DNA from: Chlamydiota bacterium
GTDB lineage: Bacteria; Auribacterota; JACPWU01
Direction of reading: 5' to 3'
Assembly (NCBI GenBank): GCA_016196885.1
Contig: JACPWU010000011.1
Location: forward strand, 105,467-137,466
Length of the DNA: 32,000 bases
Shown: positions 29,556-32,000 of the stretch, in pieces
Layout of the letters: every line of letters starts with the position of its first letter
Position numbering within the stretch: position 1 is the stretch's first letter
Program-made: the position numbers and the translations under genes
Notes under the pieces: model-generated
Told to the model about the DNA's origin: nothing
Database searches by the model: none
What the model saw: the letters and a program-made list of their open reading frames with translations, nothing else

Positions 29556-31730
29556 TCATGCGAAATCAGAATCGGTCAAGAAAACATCCTTTCCTTCCTT
29601 ACAACAAGCAGGTAAATCTATCACGACAGTGGTTCCATGACCCTGAACACTGTCAATTTCAATTTTTCCACCATGAGCCTCAACCATCTGACGTGAAATG
29701 GCAAGCCCCAGCCCTGTTCCCTTATCTTTTTTGGTCGTATAGAAAGGTTCAAAGAGATGCCTTTGTGTCTCCTCATCCATTCCCACTCCAGAGTCCCGAA
29801 ACAAGATTCGATAAAATTCTTCATCACTTTTTTTGACAGGCTTCGCTTGAATGAACAACTCTCCGCCCTGTGGCATGGCCTCTTGAGCATTCTTGATTAA
29901 GTTAAAGAATACTTGAGACAACTGATCTTTATCAGCCTGAATTAAAACTTCAGATTGTTGAAAATCTTTTGTAACATCGACTCTGCGCCCTTTAAGTTTA
30001 GGTTCCCAAAGCTTGAGCGTTTCCTGAATGAGTCTCTGAGGATCAACGGGGACAAGAACTGGTTTCGAAATTTTCCCAAGATGCATCAGCTGATTCACCA
30101 AACCTTCCATGCGATCCAGAAAGGGATGAACAGCCTTTGCCATTTCCTCTGGGAAGTGAGGGTCGCTTGCCCTTTCGGGAAGCACCTCAACATACGTTCG
30201 TATCGGTTGAAGTGGATTGCGAATTTCATGAGCTAGACTTGCTGCCATTTGGGTCACATAAGTGAGTTTCTGATCTCTCGCTGTTTTAAGATCCTTCAGA
30301 ACTTGTTCTAATTCAAGATTTTTTTGCTGAAGAGCTTCTGCTTCCAAGCTCGCAAATTCCTGCTTCTTCAGCTCCCTTTCAACCCTTTTATAATCAAGAG
30401 CTATGGCAAGTTGAGTTCCCAGACTCTGCAATATTTCCAAATCGAGATGAGAATACATCTCGCCCGAGGATTTTTCTCCCAGGAGAAGAATCGCGACCAA
30501 ATCTTCATTGAACATAACAGGAACACACACGTTCAATTCTAATGCGTTGAGAGTTCCAATGATGGATTTAGCACCTTCTTGAGGCAATGCTTTTTCCATC
30601 TCTTCTTTAACAAATATTTCTCGTTTCGTTTTTAGCCAAACAACCAAAGAATTATCACAAGACATTTTAAATTTTGAATCCTGAAATCCGTGCTGAGAAC
30701 AAGTCATAAAGCAGTTCATCGATGCGTTGAACACCCAGAGAGCCGCTTTTTTCGATTGAATCGTTTCAGATAAAACTCGCATCACCTCTTTGAACAAATC
30801 TTCTTCTTTTGGAATGAAGGGCAAAACTCCGACAAATTTCTCTAGCTCTTTTTGATAGTGGTACTTCTCTTTGTAGAGGAAATGATTGACCGCTTCTTCT
30901 GTTCTTAACTTTAATTTTGGAACATAGAGGATGGCGAGGGATACACTGATCATTTCCAGCGTGAGTCTAATTGAAGAATTAAGCTTAAGCCAAGAAATCA
31001 TCCATATCAAGCCACCCACAAACCCCATCAGAAGGATATTCACAATCATATTTCTAATCACAAAATGAATATCCATTAACCGATAACGGGCAATGGCGTA
31101 ACCCAAAATAAGGGATAGAAGGCCACCCGCAAAAAATGGAAAGGGCGGTACAGGAATTCGATAAGCTGGTAGAAAGGCGCAAGCGCCTACCCCAAAGAGC
31201 ACGGTGAATGCAAGAAAGATATATTTTGCCTGATTTCTCTCAACGGCACTCCGAGTCGTTTTATAAAAACGATAGATGTTCCTGTTTAGAAGAAAGACAT
31301 AACTCCAAAACCATATGAGGAAAACGTGATGTAAAGGTTGCGCAAGGGCATGACATCCCCAACGATAACGATATAGATCTTTCACAAAGAAATCCGTACG
31401 ACTCAACAGAAGAAATGCAAAAGCAGATAAATAGCCTCCATAGAGAATCTTATCTTGTGTCTTGATCCGTCCAAAGACAATGCTGAAATGATACATGGAG
31501 ATGGGGAGAAGAATCCCTCCCACATAAATAAAACGATCCCAGGATATGGCTTCAAGATCTGTCTTGGAGGTAAACATTTTGTAGGTACCGAAGAGCCAAA
31601 TCCCCAGACACAAGCAAAAGAACATGAACAGCAGATGAAGTTTAGATTTGGGATTCCTAGCAAGGACAAACGTGCCAAGACTAACAACAAAAAGAGAACT
31701 GATAAGAGGTATGATTTGTGAGATATCCAT
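29556..31730 (-). CDS. Sensor histidine kinase: polytopic N-terminal membrane domain, GAF-like domain, HisKA, HATPase_c
   Basis: 724 aa. About 8 hydrophobic segments in the first 260 aa. H-box SLAHEIRNPLQPI, N-box NLIKNAQEAM, G1 RDSGVGM, G2 GTGLGLAIS. Confidence 0.85.
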   Translation of the reverse strand: MDISQIIPLISSLFVVSLGTFVLARNPKSKLHLLFMFFCLCLGIWLFGTYKMFTSKTDLEAISWDRFIYVGGILLPISMYHFSIVFGRIKTQDKILYGGYLSAFAFLLLSRTDFFVKDLYRYRWGCHALAQPLHHVFLIWFWSYVFLLNRNIYRFYKTTRSAVERNQAKYIFLAFTVLFGVGACAFLPAYRIPVPPFPFFAGGLLSLILGYAIARYRLMDIHFVIRNMIVNILLMGFVGGLIWMISWLKLNSSIRLTLEMISVSLAILYVPKLKLRTEEAVNHFLYKEKYHYQKELEKFVGVLPFIPKEEDLFKEVMRVLSETIQSKKAALWVFNASMNCFMTCSQHGFQDSKFKMSCDNSLVVWLKTKREIFVKEEMEKALPQEGAKSIIGTLNALELNVCVPVMFNEDLVAILLLGEKSSGEMYSHLDLEILQSLGTQLAIALDYKRVERELKKQEFASLEAEALQQKNLELEQVLKDLKTARDQKLTYVTQMAASLAHEIRNPLQPIRTYVEVLPERASDPHFPEEMAKAVHPFLDRMEGLVNQLMHLGKISKPVLVPVDPQRLIQETLKLWEPKLKGRRVDVTKDFQQSEVLIQADKDQLSQVFFNLIKNAQEAMPQGGELFIQAKPVKKSDEEFYRILFRDSGVGMDEETQRHLFEPFYTTKKDKGTGLGLAISRQMVEAHGGKIEIDSVQGHGTTVVIDLPACCKEGKDVFLTDSDFA

Positions 31731-31738
31731 TTAAATGG

Positions 31739-32000
31739 TTAAATCACTCCTTTGGATTTCTTTTTAGCCAAGTTCTCTTCACTTTCAAGAAGGGTCAGCA
31801 CCTGATTGACAGCAACATTTTGCAAGACTTGAACGATGCCTGAAGGCCATTTTACGGTCATCTCGTTGATAACGGATGCATCTCCTAAACCAAATGTCAC
31901 CATCAGGCTGCCGCTCTCCTCTCCTGAGATTTCTCTGAACTGTGTAACAGAACGACCTCGAATCGTTGCTGTAAGATAAACTTTAGTCCCTATGGCTGAT
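31739..32000 (-). CDS. C-terminal end of an ASPIC/UnbV-domain (CRTAC1-like) protein; 5' part lies outside the window
   Basis: Not in the ORF track because no start lies in the window. My hand translation of the minus strand gives ...SAIGTKVYLTATIRGRSVTQFREISGEESGSLMVTFGLGDASVINEMTVKWPSGIVQVLQNVAVNQVLTLLE...KGVI, with a stop at 31739-31741. The AIG-K-V...FGLG...V-WPSG...N pattern is the UnbV_ASPIC signature. Confidence 0.65.
   Translation of the reverse strand, partial: SAIGTKVYLTATIRGRSVTQFREISGEESGSLMVTFGLGDASVINEMTVKWPSGIVQVLQNVAVNQVLTLLESEENLAKKKSKGVI

Noticed and set aside
1-32000. Classical mobile island or prophage (integrase, transposase, phage structural genes, tRNA attachment site)
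   Set aside because: No listed ORF carries integrase, transposase or phage motifs that I can recognise, and no tRNA gene is present. The accessory genes appear as small insertions instead.

Overview
Mostly a housekeeping chromosomal segment from a bacterium I cannot place taxonomically, as the window has no rRNA or tRNA. Genes left to right: the 3' part of a multihaem cytochrome c, a small secreted protein, a glycogen debranching enzyme, a stand-alone AAA/DUF4143 ATPase, then tldD and pmbA split by a GxxExxY (PD-(D/E)XK) gene. Next come an MqnA/MqnD-family gene and an accessory islet at about 9.8-13.6 kb. The islet holds an AbiEi/AbiEii pair on the plus strand, facing a minus-strand run of MNT, HEPN, a thioredoxin-like [2Fe-2S] ferredoxin and a large disordered secreted protein. 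After that: a split transketolase, a DUF2203 protein, a secreted protein and a ten-gene nuo operon (A, B, fused CD, H-N) with no nuoE/F/G at the canonical position. The minus strand then carries an unusually short uvrC, a second AAA/DUF4143 ATPase, a polytopic GAF histidine kinase and the C-terminus of an ASPIC/UnbV-type protein. No CRISPR array, integrase or transposase is recognisable. The most unusual non-coding feature is that almost every intergenic spacer, including three inside the nuo operon, is filled by tandem 7-8 nt word arrays. These arrays are often paired with their reverse complement, giving long hairpins whose non-Watson-Crick positions are G:U only on the sense strand. The best candidates for something undescribed are the MNT-HEPN-ferredoxin trio (ATGA-coupled) with its downstream disordered protein, the palindrome-controlled DUF4143 ATPases, and the repeat-flanked GxxExxY cassette. 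All family calls come from motif recognition by eye. No database search was run.
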